DNA from: Amoebidium appalachense
Lineage: Eukaryota > Protista > Ichthyosporea
Direction of reading: 5' to 3'
NCBI GenBank assembly: GCA_963693365.1
Contig: CAVNZM010000011.1
Location: 3,515,098 to 3,579,097, forward strand
Length of the DNA stretch: 64,000 bases
The notes under the pieces: model-generated
What the model was told of the DNA's origin: nothing
Databases searched by the model: none
What the model saw: the letters and a program-made list of their open reading frames with translations, nothing else
Made by a program: the position numbers and the translations under genes
Shown: positions 27,280 to 38,046 of the stretch, one piece after another
Layout of the letters: each line of letters opens with the position of its first letter
Position numbering within the stretch: the stretch's first letter is position 1

Positions 27280-28377
27280 CTCTTGCTGGATCAGGCTGTG
27301 TCTCTAATTTAATCCAGCCAAACACCACCTAAACCCAGGGTTCTCCAGCTCACCTATCAACCCATGGACCTTCCCCCCCTCCCCCCTCCACCCCCCCAAG
27401 AAAAAAAATGGGGGGGGGGGGGGGGGGGGGGGGGGAGGGGAGAGGGGGAGAAATAGAAAAAGAAAATGAAAAAGTAGCAAACTGGTACAGGTGCGCAAGG
27501 CCACCCACCCACCACCCACACACACGTGCACTCACCAGCAAACACTCCCCCAAGTTGCACGCACACACATACCCATAGGCTTACCACACATGCACATTGT
27601 CAATACGTCTCAACTCTGCATAAACCCCCTACTAAAATACTGCTAAACCAAACACACGTAAACAGCAACAGCAACACTGTCATATTCCTACTTTTAGTTT
27701 TTTTTTGATTTTATAGAAACTTGCGAGCTAAAAAACTGAACCAATATAAACCCACCCTATCATGATATCCGTATGTATCTTCCCTCCTCCCCCCCCCCCC
27801 CCCCCCCTCCCCCTCTCTCCCTCCTCCCACCCACCCCCACACCCACACAAACACACAACCGCACACCTCGCGATTGCACGTAGGCACACACTTACACAAC
27901 AACGTCATTTCCTTTCCCATAATGAGAGGAGGCAGCGTTGATGGAAAAAACAAAACGAGAAATGATATGCCGGAAGATAAAAACAAACAAACCAAAAAAA
28001 AAAAGAAGAAGGCCATTGGTTTTGGGGGGGAGGGGAAGGGGGGGAGGGGGGGGGGGGGGGAGGGGGGAATAAGTCGGAGAGAATAACAGAGTTAACATGA
28101 AAACCACACAAAAACAGGGAACCAAAAAATGCTAATACAGTCCAACACCATAACGCCCCCTCATCCTTCAACGGAATGGGCTTCGTTGCAGGGAGGGAAA
28201 AGGGCAAAGGGGGGGGGGGGGGGGGGGGGAAGGGGGGGAGGGGGGGGGGGGGGGGGGGGGGGGAGCGGCACACACACACCTATCAATAGCGAAATTCTTA
28301 GCGCCCACAGCCCATGCCCAGTTTGTGAGGTCGGCAGTGGTGGCAGCCAGTGCCCACCTCCTCTGCACGGTGCTGCG
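27280..28377 (-). pseudogene. Partial duplicate of the UBX gene (part of the penultimate exon plus intron)
   Basis: 28280-28377 encodes STVQRRWALAATTADLTNWAWAVGAKNFAIDR, nearly the same as 45202-45298. Intron sequence 27312-27370 matches 44561-44620. Confidence 0.8.
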
Positions 28378-28482
28378 GCACACAGACCGTAAAAAAAAAA
28401 ACAAAAAAAAAAACACTTAGACACTGTTTATATGGTACTACTGCAGCTTAGTAGCATGTTCAGTTATGCACATACACACCGT

Positions 28483-28528
<46 letters not shown>

Positions 28529-28692
28529 TGCGCCCAAACACACACAAACACACAATCACCGTGCACACACATGCCTGGACCGTTAAAGAAAGCAAGAAAG
28601 AGGACTTAACAAACATGTCTACATGGTAGTACCGCAGTGGCATGCTCAGTTATGCACACACACACACATGCACACACACACACACACATACA

Positions 28693-28766
<74 letters not shown>

Positions 28767-28983
28767 GATACATACACGCACACACACGCACACACACACA
28801 GACACACGCACACACACACAGACACACACACACACACACACACGCACACACACGCACATACATACACGCACACGCACGCACACACACACACGCACGCACG
28901 CACACACACACACACGCACGCACGCACACGCACACACATACACACACACAAACACATGCACACCCACGCACATACCCGCACAC

Positions 28984-29042
<59 letters not shown>

Positions 29043-29072
29043 CATATATACACGTGCACACACGCACACATT

Positions 29073-29121
<49 letters not shown>

Positions 29122-29384
29122 GCGCGCGCATGCACACACACACACACACACACGCACACACACGTGCACACAGGAACTGGTGTTAACGTTGTTCAAGCTG
29201 AATATTTTCTGGGGAGCGTCTAATTTATTATACATTTCAAGCAGTCACAAGTTCCCGTCATGTTCTTGATATCATGATCCTGAGAAAGTGGGCATACGTC
29301 TTTATATTAACGACATACTACATGTGGAAGGCATAGATAAAAGGTGCTATGGCTACCAGTGCTAGTGCATAACTTTGCGCCAAA

Positions 29385-30626
29385 CTATTCATCATTTTCA
29401 TTACCCTCAATGACTGTCCCATTCTTGTCCAGGCACGGTTTGGGCCATCCCTGATTCAACTTTGAGTCCGGCTCCACGCACTGGCCGGCACACGAAGTGA
29501 AACTTGTGTTGCTGTTGCACACCAGCCCAGCACCGCACCCGGCCGAAGTAAAGGACCAATCACGCAGATACGAGTATGAGCCCTCCTGAATGGGGCACAG
29601 CCCACCACTAGTGGTCTGCCTTGCACCACACCCAGCCCACGTCACGTTGGCCAGAATACTATAGTTGCTCCACGCATCACTCCGGTCACGGTAGAACTTA
29701 CTCCCCACCACGCCGAAAAACTCATTGTCTCCACAGCTGGAATTTGCGCGTGTGGGGTCGATGAAAAGCCCAGCGGCACCGGTAGCGTTGTTTGCTTTTG
29801 CTGTGGCAATTGTGAAGTTCTGCAGTGACGTGTACAGGGTGCACTTGCTGGACCGGCGAATAAAACCTATGCATTTTTCATCTGCACGGCACAACTGAGA
29901 GCACGCCCCGTCCGTGGCACCGGTGTTTTGGGTGAGGGTGGTGGTGGTGAAGACGCCGCCCTTGGGCTTGCGTGCATGTGCCGCCCGCTTGAACCCGGTG
30001 GTGATGGTGGGATCACGGCACGTGTTGTCTTCGCTCGAGCAGGCGAGGGAGGGGTCACACCCGCTGTTGTTGTTTGTGAAGTCAATATCCGAGCTTTTGC
30101 CCCCGGGGGATGCTTTAGACTCATAGTAGCATCCTTTGCCGTCCGTGATGTAGCCAAGGCACCGGAGATGGACATTGGTTTCGGGGTCACGGGTCACTTT
30201 GGCGCCAAAGTAGCTGCTTGGCTCGTTGCATGACTCGACACTGCGCTGCACGTGCATGTAGAAGTCCTGCCCGTTTGGGGTATTCCCGTTAACGCTATCA
30301 GAGAGATGTACGCCGCGGATTTTTGTGAACAGGCGACAGCTGGTGGGCGTTTCGTTCTCCTTTGTAGCCACCACCCAAAACGCAAGGCAGTTCGTGTTGT
30401 TGGTACACAGCCCGGAGCAGAGCTGGGCAGAAACGTTGGTCACGTTGAAATCTTTGTATATTCCTTTTTCGTTGAGACCCGAATCTGCGTATGTGGTGTT
30501 TGGTAGGATCATGTAGTAGGAGTCGAAAACGAGCTCACTCGAAGGCGGGAAAGCTGGAGTGGCTGCGGAAGCCATTGAAACCGCACCGCCAAGCGCCAAA
30601 GCGAGAGATAAAATTCTGTCAAACAT
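29385..30626 (-). CDS. Secreted cysteine-rich protein with two PAN/apple-like domains; intronless
   Basis: 413 aa with signal peptide. CSGLCTNNTNCLAF...CRLF and CSQLCRADEKCIGF...CTLY match the C-x3-C-x5-C-x2-F...C-x-L PAN pattern. Many N-glycosylation sequons. Confidence 0.85.
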   Translation of the reverse strand: MFDRILSLALALGGAVSMASAATPAFPPSSELVFDSYYMILPNTTYADSGLNEKGIYKDFNVTNVSAQLCSGLCTNNTNCLAFWVVATKENETPTSCRLFTKIRGVHLSDSVNGNTPNGQDFYMHVQRSVESCNEPSSYFGAKVTRDPETNVHLRCLGYITDGKGCYYESKASPGGKSSDIDFTNNNSGCDPSLACSSEDNTCRDPTITTGFKRAAHARKPKGGVFTTTTLTQNTGATDGACSQLCRADEKCIGFIRRSSKCTLYTSLQNFTIATAKANNATGAAGLFIDPTRANSSCGDNEFFGVVGSKFYRDRSDAWSNYSILANVTWAGCGARQTTSGGLCPIQEGSYSYLRDWSFTSAGCGAGLVCNSNTSFTSCAGQCVEPDSKLNQGWPKPCLDKNGTVIEGNENDE

Positions 30627-30795
30627 AGTTATTAATAATGACTGTAAGTGCTGTTATATAAAGAGGTTAAAATTATTCAACACCGCCCGCGGTGGATACG
30701 AACACAATTGGACCTCGATTCTTTGGCTGCGTATATGAATTTGATCGTTGGATTTGTGGTGTTTGATGCCAGAGAGTCAGTTTAGGCCTATATAC

Positions 30796-30834
30796 CAAGG
30801 CCTCCTAAATAGGTGTGCTATTTAGGAGGCCTTG
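30796..30834. mobile_element. 39-bp transposon remnant: 17-bp inverted arms flanked by an 8-bp TSD (P-element-like footprint)
   Basis: CTATATAC|CAAGGCCTCCTAAATAG-GTGTG-CTATTTAGGAGGCCTTG|CTATATAC. Confidence 0.8.
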
Positions 30835-30982
30835 CTATATACTCACGGCTTCAGATGACGGAAGCTCAAAAGCAGTTCTGATTGGATGAATAAAATTCTA
30901 TCCCACCGGAATGCATTAGGAATGTATAAGCTTCGCATTTGATTGGTGCCCTGGACTCTGTGACGGAGATTGCATTCTTCTG

Positions 30983-31245
30983 TTGGGATATTCGGGTTGG
31001 TTGTAAGGTTTTCCGGGTCGGGCCGAAGGCCCTAACGGGCCGCAGGCCCGCTTATTGGGCCACCAGGCCCGGGGCCCCGGGGACCGGGGCCCTCCCCACC
31101 CACGCGAGCCACCCCAGGCCCGGCCCGGCCCGCGGGGCCCAGGGGGAGCGGGGTTAGCAGTCACTGCGGCCAATAAGCGGGCCTGCGGCCCGTTAGGGCC
31201 TTCGGCCCGACCCGGAAAACCTTACAACCAACCCGAATATCCCAA
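30983..31245. repeat. Second copy of the GC-rich palindrome: 76-bp perfect arms around a 111-bp spacer related to the inner arm of copy 1
   Basis: 30983-31058 is the reverse complement of 31170-31245. The outer ~67 bp are identical to the ends of 4770-5130. Confidence 0.95.
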
Positions 31246-31247
31246 TA

Positions 31248-31885
31248 TTGCCCGATGCGAGCACCCTGTCACGTTCCCGATTATTCTTACGTGAGATTTT
31301 TTTATCCCCAGTGGTAGATAGAGCCAGGGGTTTACACAATTTTATTAGAGCCAATGATCTTTACTGATTACAGACCAGTGTCTGGCCACATGGCCACATG
31401 GCCAGATCGATTTACGTTTGTAAAAAGGGGTGGATAAATTTTATCACACGATTCACCTGGAGTCAAAACAATCTGGCCATGTGGCCACATAATAGAATAG
31501 CGTGTAAGACACTGGCTGCCACCACTGGGGGGGCGTGGTTCCGGCAGCAGGGGGGGCATAGGAGCAGGGGAGGCTGGGGGTGGCGCACGTGCACAGGAGG
31601 GTGGGGGGGGGGGGGGGGGAACCATGGCACCACTGGGGGGCCGTGGTTCCGGCAGCAGGGGGGGATGGGGGGCCGGGGTGGCGCACGTGCACAGGAGGGT
31701 GGGGGGGTGGGGGGGCAAGCAATGCCACCACTGGGGGCCTGGTTCCGGGCAGCAGGGGGGCTGGGGTGGCGCACGTGCACAGGAGGGTGGGGGGGGGGTG
31801 GGGGGGGGAGAGGGGGCTGGGGGAGGGGGGGCTGGGGGGAGACAGCGAGACACGTGGAACCATGGTGGGTTTTTTTTTTTTTATT
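31248..31885 (+). repeat. Left TIR with internal GC-rich subrepeats
   Basis: Reverse complement of 42003-42596; repeats of GGGGTGGCGCACGTGCACAGGAGGGTGG and GGTTCCGG. Confidence 0.93.
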
Positions 31886-32363
31886 TGGGCTTATGCTTAT
31901 GGCAATGGGTCGTAGATTTCACCCTGTTCTTGCAGGGATTGCCAGCCTTGGTTTTGCCCTGGCAGTACCCATTTTCCCTGCCCACACACACTGCTGCAGC
32001 TGCAACTGGTGGCTGTGGTGCACCCATGGGTAGATCCGGAGTGGACACAGTTGGCACGGGTACCCCGGTGCGCTCGGTGCGGGGGCGCTGCATTTCGGCG
32101 GCTGTAAAGGCGGCCATGAGGTCGTCCAGCAGGAGGTTTGCATGAGCATAGTCCCCGGCCTTGTGGGTGCGGAAGATGTTGATGGTGTTGTCGCTGTAGA
32201 GGAGGACACCGGTGGCAGGGGCAAAGCATACCCAGGGCTTGAAGCCGTCCTTGTGGTATGGGCATGTTTTCTTTTTGTTTTTGCACTGGGCTTTTTTTGA
32301 GGGTGTAAATGCAGGGCACCGTTCGGGGTCAACCGAATCGGGGCGCAAAAGTGCGTCTCCCAT
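31881..32363 (-). CDS. 160-aa double CCCH-type finger protein (paralog of 3662-4144)
   Basis: Same length, few substitutions, all Cys/His ligands kept. Confidence 0.8.
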   Translation of the reverse strand: MGDALLRPDSVDPERCPAFTPSKKAQCKNKKKTCPYHKDGFKPWVCFAPATGVLLYSDNTINIFRTHKAGDYAHANLLLDDLMAAFTAAEMQRPRTERTGVPVPTVSTPDLPMGAPQPPVAAAAVCVGRENGYCQGKTKAGNPCKNRVKSTTHCHKHKPK

Positions 32364-32741
32364 TTCTAGTGTTTTGTTTTGGTGTGCACTGTTCTTGGAT
32401 TGGGGTGAAGTGAGACAAAAAAGTAGAAGCGAGTGCTTTTTGTATACCGGGTTGATGACATATTAATCAATCTCTTGGTGCCAAACCACTGACCAATCAC
32501 ATGGGTGTATTCACGAATTCTAAATCAGCATCTGGAGAGAGGGTACTGGTAACACGAACAACACGGCATCAAGAGTTTGTACCACAGGCAAGATCTCAGA
32601 GAAATTCAGCATCTGGAGAGAGGGTACTGGTAAAACACGAACAACACGGCATCAAGAGTTTGTATTACAGGCAAGATCTCAGAGAGGTCACTTTTGGGGT
32701 GTAACACGTCGGATACTGAAAGTTTTGTGAGGTACATGTAC

Positions 32742-32930
32742 ATGTTCGACAACACAGTCACCACAGGCATTCTTTATGTGATATCTATATGCAGTGTCAT
32801 TGCAAATATACACTGGTACAATTTAATGAAGTCCGAACCGAATGCTAAAGAGAAAGTGAACAAGATGTATCTGGTGTACGCCAGTGCAGCTATTGTTCTC
32901 ACATGTTTATTGGTTACACCGTTGGTGTAA
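32742..32930 (+). CDS. Small putative membrane protein, C-terminally truncated relative to 3078-3350
   Basis: MFDNTVTTGILYVISICSVIANIHW...LLVTPLV*; a small insertion creates the earlier stop. Confidence 0.4.
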   Translation: MFDNTVTTGILYVISICSVIANIHWYNLMKSEPNAKEKVNKMYLVYASAAIVLTCLLVTPLV

Positions 32931-33115
32931 TACTATGCAGTCATATACTATTTCACTGAGAAGACGGGTGCTGGGTGCAAGGTATATAAACTCTTCCGCA
33001 TGCAAAAATGAATCAGTCTGTATCTAGTTGGTCACGGGCCTCTGCCGGTATAGGCCAAGGTTCTTGTAACCTTGCATGACCATGCCACTAGCCTAGCTCC
33101 TTTCATGACCCGTGG

Positions 33116-33517
33116 TCATGTTGGTAAGTTTAGGAAAGGATGGTAGGTTCTATGGGTGGACGGCGAATGCTCCTCCGAGTCGGGCGACCTCTCGCGCTTC
33201 CTCTCGGGTGGCTTCTCCTCGGAGCTCTCCTCCTCGTCGGAGATGCAAACGACACCCTCCTTGTCAACGTGCTCCTCTTCGGACACGGTGCTGGACATGG
33301 GCTCGTCTTCGTTGACATCCGCCAGCAGCTGCAGGACGTGTCTGCGCATCCGGGACTCGAGCTTCATGTACTTCTTGCGCAGCTTCTTGTACTTGCGCTG
33401 CAGCTCCGCCTCGCTGGCACGCGCGCGCGCGCAGTCGCGCGATGCCTGCTCATAGAGCTCGAAGACGTACCGTTCGTGGGGTTGCAGACCGGCAGGGGGT
33501 TTGCTGGGGCTGGACAT
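33116..33517 (-). CDS. 133-aa coiled-coil/acidic hypothetical protein (cargo)
   Basis: ATG ~75 nt downstream of TATAAAA (33589-33595, minus). Basic heptads ELQRKYKKLRKKYMKLE, then VVCISDEEE. Confidence 0.7.
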   Translation of the reverse strand: MSSPSKPPAGLQPHERYVFELYEQASRDCARARASEAELQRKYKKLRKKYMKLESRMRRHVLQLLADVNEDEPMSSTVSEEEHVDKEGVVCISDEEESSEEKPPERKRERSPDSEEHSPSTHRTYHPFLNLPT

Positions 33518-34188
33518 TGTTGGTGAAGACTCTCGGAGTATGAATAGTAAAGAGTGGAAAGTGACAGAATATGGGCTGAGCCGCGGCCTTTTATACCTGG
33601 CTAAAAAATAGCTTTCCAGATCAGATCGAATTACACGTCTACCAATCAAAACCTACCAATCGCGGCTCGCTGACAGATCGAATGTTACCATTCTGCCAAT
33701 CAAATTATTGCGCGGCTCACCGTTTGACAGCTATGGTGAGGGTATTTTTGAACCCCGGGCTGGGTTTCGCCGCAGAGTAGAGGATACTTTTATATAGTAA
33801 ATTATATGTTACAGGTAACCTCAACAATAAAAGCAACCTCAATTTAAAAAAATAAGGTAACCTCTGTTAAAGTAGTTTTGACGCGTCAAATCGCGTTATT
33901 TGACAGCTATCAGATTATTAACCAATCACATTAGCCCAATTAGATCACCATTTGCACCAACCAATCGGTGCGCGCCATTGTATTAGCACGTTTAAACCGA
34001 TCCCAATCAAATGGCGCTATGGGCATGCCATACCAATGCTTAATAAAAGACCAACACACGAGGCCGATCCTTGTCACTTTTACACTTTTTCACTTGTCAC
34101 TTTTACACCTTCTCAGTTTCTCTGACGCGCTTTCTCTTGCAAACGTTTCACCAGAAATTTCACGCCGCGTTCGCATTCACCCACAAAC

Positions 34189-35963
34189 ATGGCGAACACA
34201 CCTGATGAGGTCGTGGCTCTGCCTTTCATCGTGCGCCCCCCCGGCTCAGACACAGACAAGGTCGTCGTCTATGGCGTGGACAACGAGTTGCGGCTCCACC
34301 GGGACATCATCAGCGCTCGCATGCTCGACGTTGCAAGAGACGGGGACCTCCGCGTTTTCAACACAAAGCAGGAATTCGAAGCCTTCCGTTTGAGCTTTAA
34401 GCAGGAGTTGACCCATTTGAAGCTCCTTTTAAAGACCATACCCCGCGAGCAAAGGTTGTCACCCGAGGCGGTACTGTAAACAACTGTACACATGAACTGT
34501 ACATGTTTACTAAAGAATGTGATCTACTAGCACACGATTCGTGCTTTGTCATGAATATCACATAAATATTATGTCCGCACCAATAGGACTCACTCTGACC
34601 TAAGAATTGAACCATATATGGTTCTTCAGCTGCATACCACATAAACGAAGTGAACCAATAAGAGGTTTGCATAAATAGGACAAAGGTCTGACTGGCTCGG
34701 ACCGCACCAGAATCACGAATGGCATGTTGCCACCCGCGCTGGCCGCGGATGAACCAATCCTGGGCCTTGATCCGAAACCTGGGGGCTATATAACAAAGCC
34801 GTCCCAGTACGGGGATCACATCAGTGAAGTCTGAGACAGACTGAGTCGGCCCATAGTAAAAGCAACTTGGCCGCGTGTGCCTTTCTACCCGTTCTCTGTC
34901 TTTATTCGGATTCAGTTGTTCTCTGCCTTATCCCAACTAGTCCAACTGTTTACAGGTACACCTCGTAAGAAAGCATGTGCACGTCAACGCATTCCCAATG
35001 TACGCCGCCTTCCAGCGCTACGTGCTGGGGAAGCCGGACTACGATGCTTTCCTCAAGGGCACGCTCGGTGTAGCTGCCAAGGACTTCCTCATTCTCCTGG
35101 GAAGGGCCCTGATCGAGTGGTCCGGTCTCCAGCCCCGCCGGCCCGCCTACTTCCGGCAACAGCCAGCCACTTCGGCCCTGGGTGCGTATACGCGTGCATA
35201 TGACATTCTCGACGTGTTGTTCAACGACTTGGCTGACCGGGCCGTCGAGTATTTTGTGGAGAAGTTGCCATCCCAGTCGTGTCTCGATTGTGGCTCGCTC
35301 ATTGACACCAAGAAGTGCTCCCGCTGTAAGAGCGCCTATTTTTGCAACAGGACCTGCATGCTGAACAATTGGCCCAAACACAAGAAGGACTGCAGAGAGC
35401 AACCCGTCCACCAAGACCCAGCGGTGTCGGAAAACGAGGTCGTCGTCTACACCCTGGACAAGCGCTCGCGGTTCCATTCGGACCCTAGCGGCGACCGGAT
35501 GCTGAAAGTTCTCGAGTGCGGCGACCTGAGTGTGTTCGGCACCAAGCAGCGCTACACGGAATGCGAGGCTACCCTGGCGGGGGAGGTGGGTGCTATAGAT
35601 GAACGGAGGTGGATGAAAGACCCGACGGTGACGGCGCCCGAACGCACCAAGGCTACCTACTTTGCCTTGTTCAGGCACGTCTGTGTCTTCCAGCGCTACG
35701 TGCTGCAGGAGCGGGACTTCAATGCCTTCTATGCGGGCAACATCAGCTTGGGCCCCGACCTCGTCTTCAAAATGGCGGTTCATGTTCTGTGCGCGTCTTC
35801 CGGCCTCGCGCGCCCCACGTCCGAGGTGGCTCTGCGGATTGCGGAGATGGAGGAGTGCATTCTTCCCGTGTCCACGGAGGACCAAATTGAGGACATATGC
35901 CTGCTTGAATGGTGCGACCGGGCCATTCAGCACTTCATCGACAAGCTGCCCTCTGTCGTATAA
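34189..35963 (+). CDS. ~429-aa MYND-finger protein with two copies of an unrecognised domain; join(34189-34470, 34956-35963)
   Basis: The two ORFs align collinearly with the paralog at 36535. MYND motif CLDC...CSRCKSAYFCNRTC...WPKHKKDC. The phase-0 GT-AG join restores the frame. Confidence 0.85.
34475..34954 (+). mobile_element. Solo LTR (480 bp)
   Basis: TGTAAACA...TGTTTACA termini, 5-bp TSD GGTAC (34470-34474 and 34955-34959), internal TATATAA at ~34787. Confidence 0.85.
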
Positions 35964-36534
35964 GCTCGTTATACTACCTACTGTGGCACGGCCTGCAGCA
36001 TGACGGTTGTGTTGGTGTGTTGTTCTTTTAGATGGATTTTGTTTTAGTTGTTTCTTGATGTGTGTTTCTTGACGTGTGGCAATCGCGATCCCCCATTGCA
36101 AACAGAAAGTTTGGAGGCATCCCTTCTCCACGGGTTGGTATGACCCTCTAGTTTGTAATTTACTTCGAGAGCCAGTCTCTGATATTGGGCGCGGCGCCCA
36201 GAAACATTTGTAATTTGTAGCATGCATGTCAAGGCTATCACAAAGAGCCCTATGACCAATACGAGCGCATGTGTTAATCGAACAGAAAATGACTAACATT
36301 ACATGTGATCTAGCAATATCATCCAATCGGAGTTTACATCCATGAAATAGCATCCAATCACTGTGAACCAATCGGTGCTTGAAATTGATTACATGATCTC
36401 CAATCAGATCGCGCCGTGGGCATGCCATACCAATGCTTTACTGATCGGAGAGCCACCTATAAAAGCGCTAGGTCGAGGCTGATCCCTGTCACTTTCACTA
36501 TCCTCTCATTCGCGCGCGCGCTCTCACTACAGAA

Positions 36535-38046
36535 ATGTTCAACCCAAGTTTTCGTCCACACAATGGAATTGACAATCCAGTTAAACGGTGCGGGCTTTTA
36601 CCATTCGCCGTCCGCCTCCATTACTCGGACGCCAAAGATCAGTATGACGACATTGTCTATGCGCTGAACGACGAATTTCAGCTTGAAAAGACCGTTGTCA
36701 GGGCCCACATGCTGGACATTGGAAGAGACGGCGACCTCCGCATCTTCGACACAAAGGAGGTCTTTGATGGCTTCCGTTCAGCCTTTGAGAATGAGATGTC
36801 CTTTGTGCCGACACGGTTGCAAACCCTCCTGGAGCAGGAAGGGCTTGGGGAGGCTGCGCGACACCTCCTGCTTAAGCATACGCACTTTCTTGCATTCCCG
36901 TTCTACACCGCCCTCCAGCGCTACGTCCTAGGGGCGCCGGACTATGACGCGTTTTATGAGGGCAAAATCTGCGACGGGGTTGGCTGCTTTTTCCTGCTGA
37001 CAGTGCAGGCGCTGTGCAAGCGGTCCGGTCTTACAGCCCGTCCCACCGCATACTTCAGCCAACAGCCAGTCGATTCCCCCTTGGGTGTGTTTACATCCAT
37101 CGTTGGCGAAGATGCCATGGACGACGTCGTGTTCTGTGATTTGGCTGAACGTGTTATCCAGCACTTTGTGGACAAGTTACCGTCCACATCGTGTCTCGCC
37201 AAGGAGTCCCCTACCCGCCCCCCCGAGCCGATAGATTCTTTGTCCAAACACCGGATCGTCGTCCACACCTTGATGTTCGATACCCACTCGCATTTGCAAT
37301 CGGACCCCATCTGCGACCGGATGCTGGAAGTTCTCCGCAACAGAGACCTCCGTGTCTTTAGCAACAGGGAGCGCTACATGAAATGGGATGCGGTCCTGGC
37401 GGAGGAGGTGCGTATTATAGTTGAACGGACACAGAGGAGGGACCCAACGGTGACGAGGGCCGACCGCAATAAGGCTGTGTACTTCACGGGGTTCAGGCAC
37501 CTCTCCGTCTTCCAGCGCTACGTGCTGCGGGAGCCGGACTACACTGCCGCGCACGCGGGCAACCTCAGCAGGGGAGCCGAAACCGTCATGAAGATGGCGT
37601 TGCGGGTACTGTGCGAGTCTGCCGGCCTCGCCCCATGCACCGTGGACGAAATGGCTCGGCGGCGTGCGAGGATGGCAAGTCCTAACTATTGGCACGCGCT
37701 GGACATCGAGCGACTGTGTCTGATTGACTGGTGCAACCGGGGCGTCAAGCACTTCGTCGACCAGCTGCCGTCGTCGGTGTGTCTGGCCTGCGGCGCTACC
37801 GGTTGCACCAGGAAGTGCGGGGTCTGCCTACACGCTTACTACTGCGACAAGACCTGCCAACGGGCGCATTGGTGCGTGCACAAGAGGGCCTGCACCTTCC
37901 AGCCACCGAACGAGTGTCTCGCCTGCGGCACGAGTGGGTGCACCAAGAAGTGCTCAGCCTGCAGGCGCGCATACTACTGCAATGAGGCCTGCCAGATTAC
38001 GCATTGGCGTGAGCACAGGGAGGAATGCCAGAAGCAGGACCATTAG
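36535..38046 (+). CDS. 503-aa protein: two copies of the same unrecognised domain plus two C-terminal MYND fingers
   Basis: CLACGATGCTRKCGVCLHAYYCDKTCQRAHWCVHKRAC and a second such motif. TATAAAA at 36458 with CCAAT boxes upstream. Confidence 0.9.
   Translation: MFNPSFRPHNGIDNPVKRCGLLPFAVRLHYSDAKDQYDDIVYALNDEFQLEKTVVRAHMLDIGRDGDLRIFDTKEVFDGFRSAFENEMSFVPTRLQTLLEQEGLGEAARHLLLKHTHFLAFPFYTALQRYVLGAPDYDAFYEGKICDGVGCFFLLTVQALCKRSGLTARPTAYFSQQPVDSPLGVFTSIVGEDAMDDVVFCDLAERVIQHFVDKLPSTSCLAKESPTRPPEPIDSLSKHRIVVHTLMFDTHSHLQSDPICDRMLEVLRNRDLRVFSNRERYMKWDAVLAEEVRIIVERTQRRDPTVTRADRNKAVYFTGFRHLSVFQRYVLREPDYTAAHAGNLSRGAETVMKMALRVLCESAGLAPCTVDEMARRRARMASPNYWHALDIERLCLIDWCNRGVKHFVDQLPSSVCLACGATGCTRKCGVCLHAYYCDKTCQRAHWCVHKRACTFQPPNECLACGTSGCTKKCSACRRAYYCNEACQITHWREHREECQKQDH

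Noticed and set aside
34950-36428. 492-aa minus-strand ORF
   Set aside because: Antisense shadow of the GC-rich MYND gene, with no recognisable motifs.
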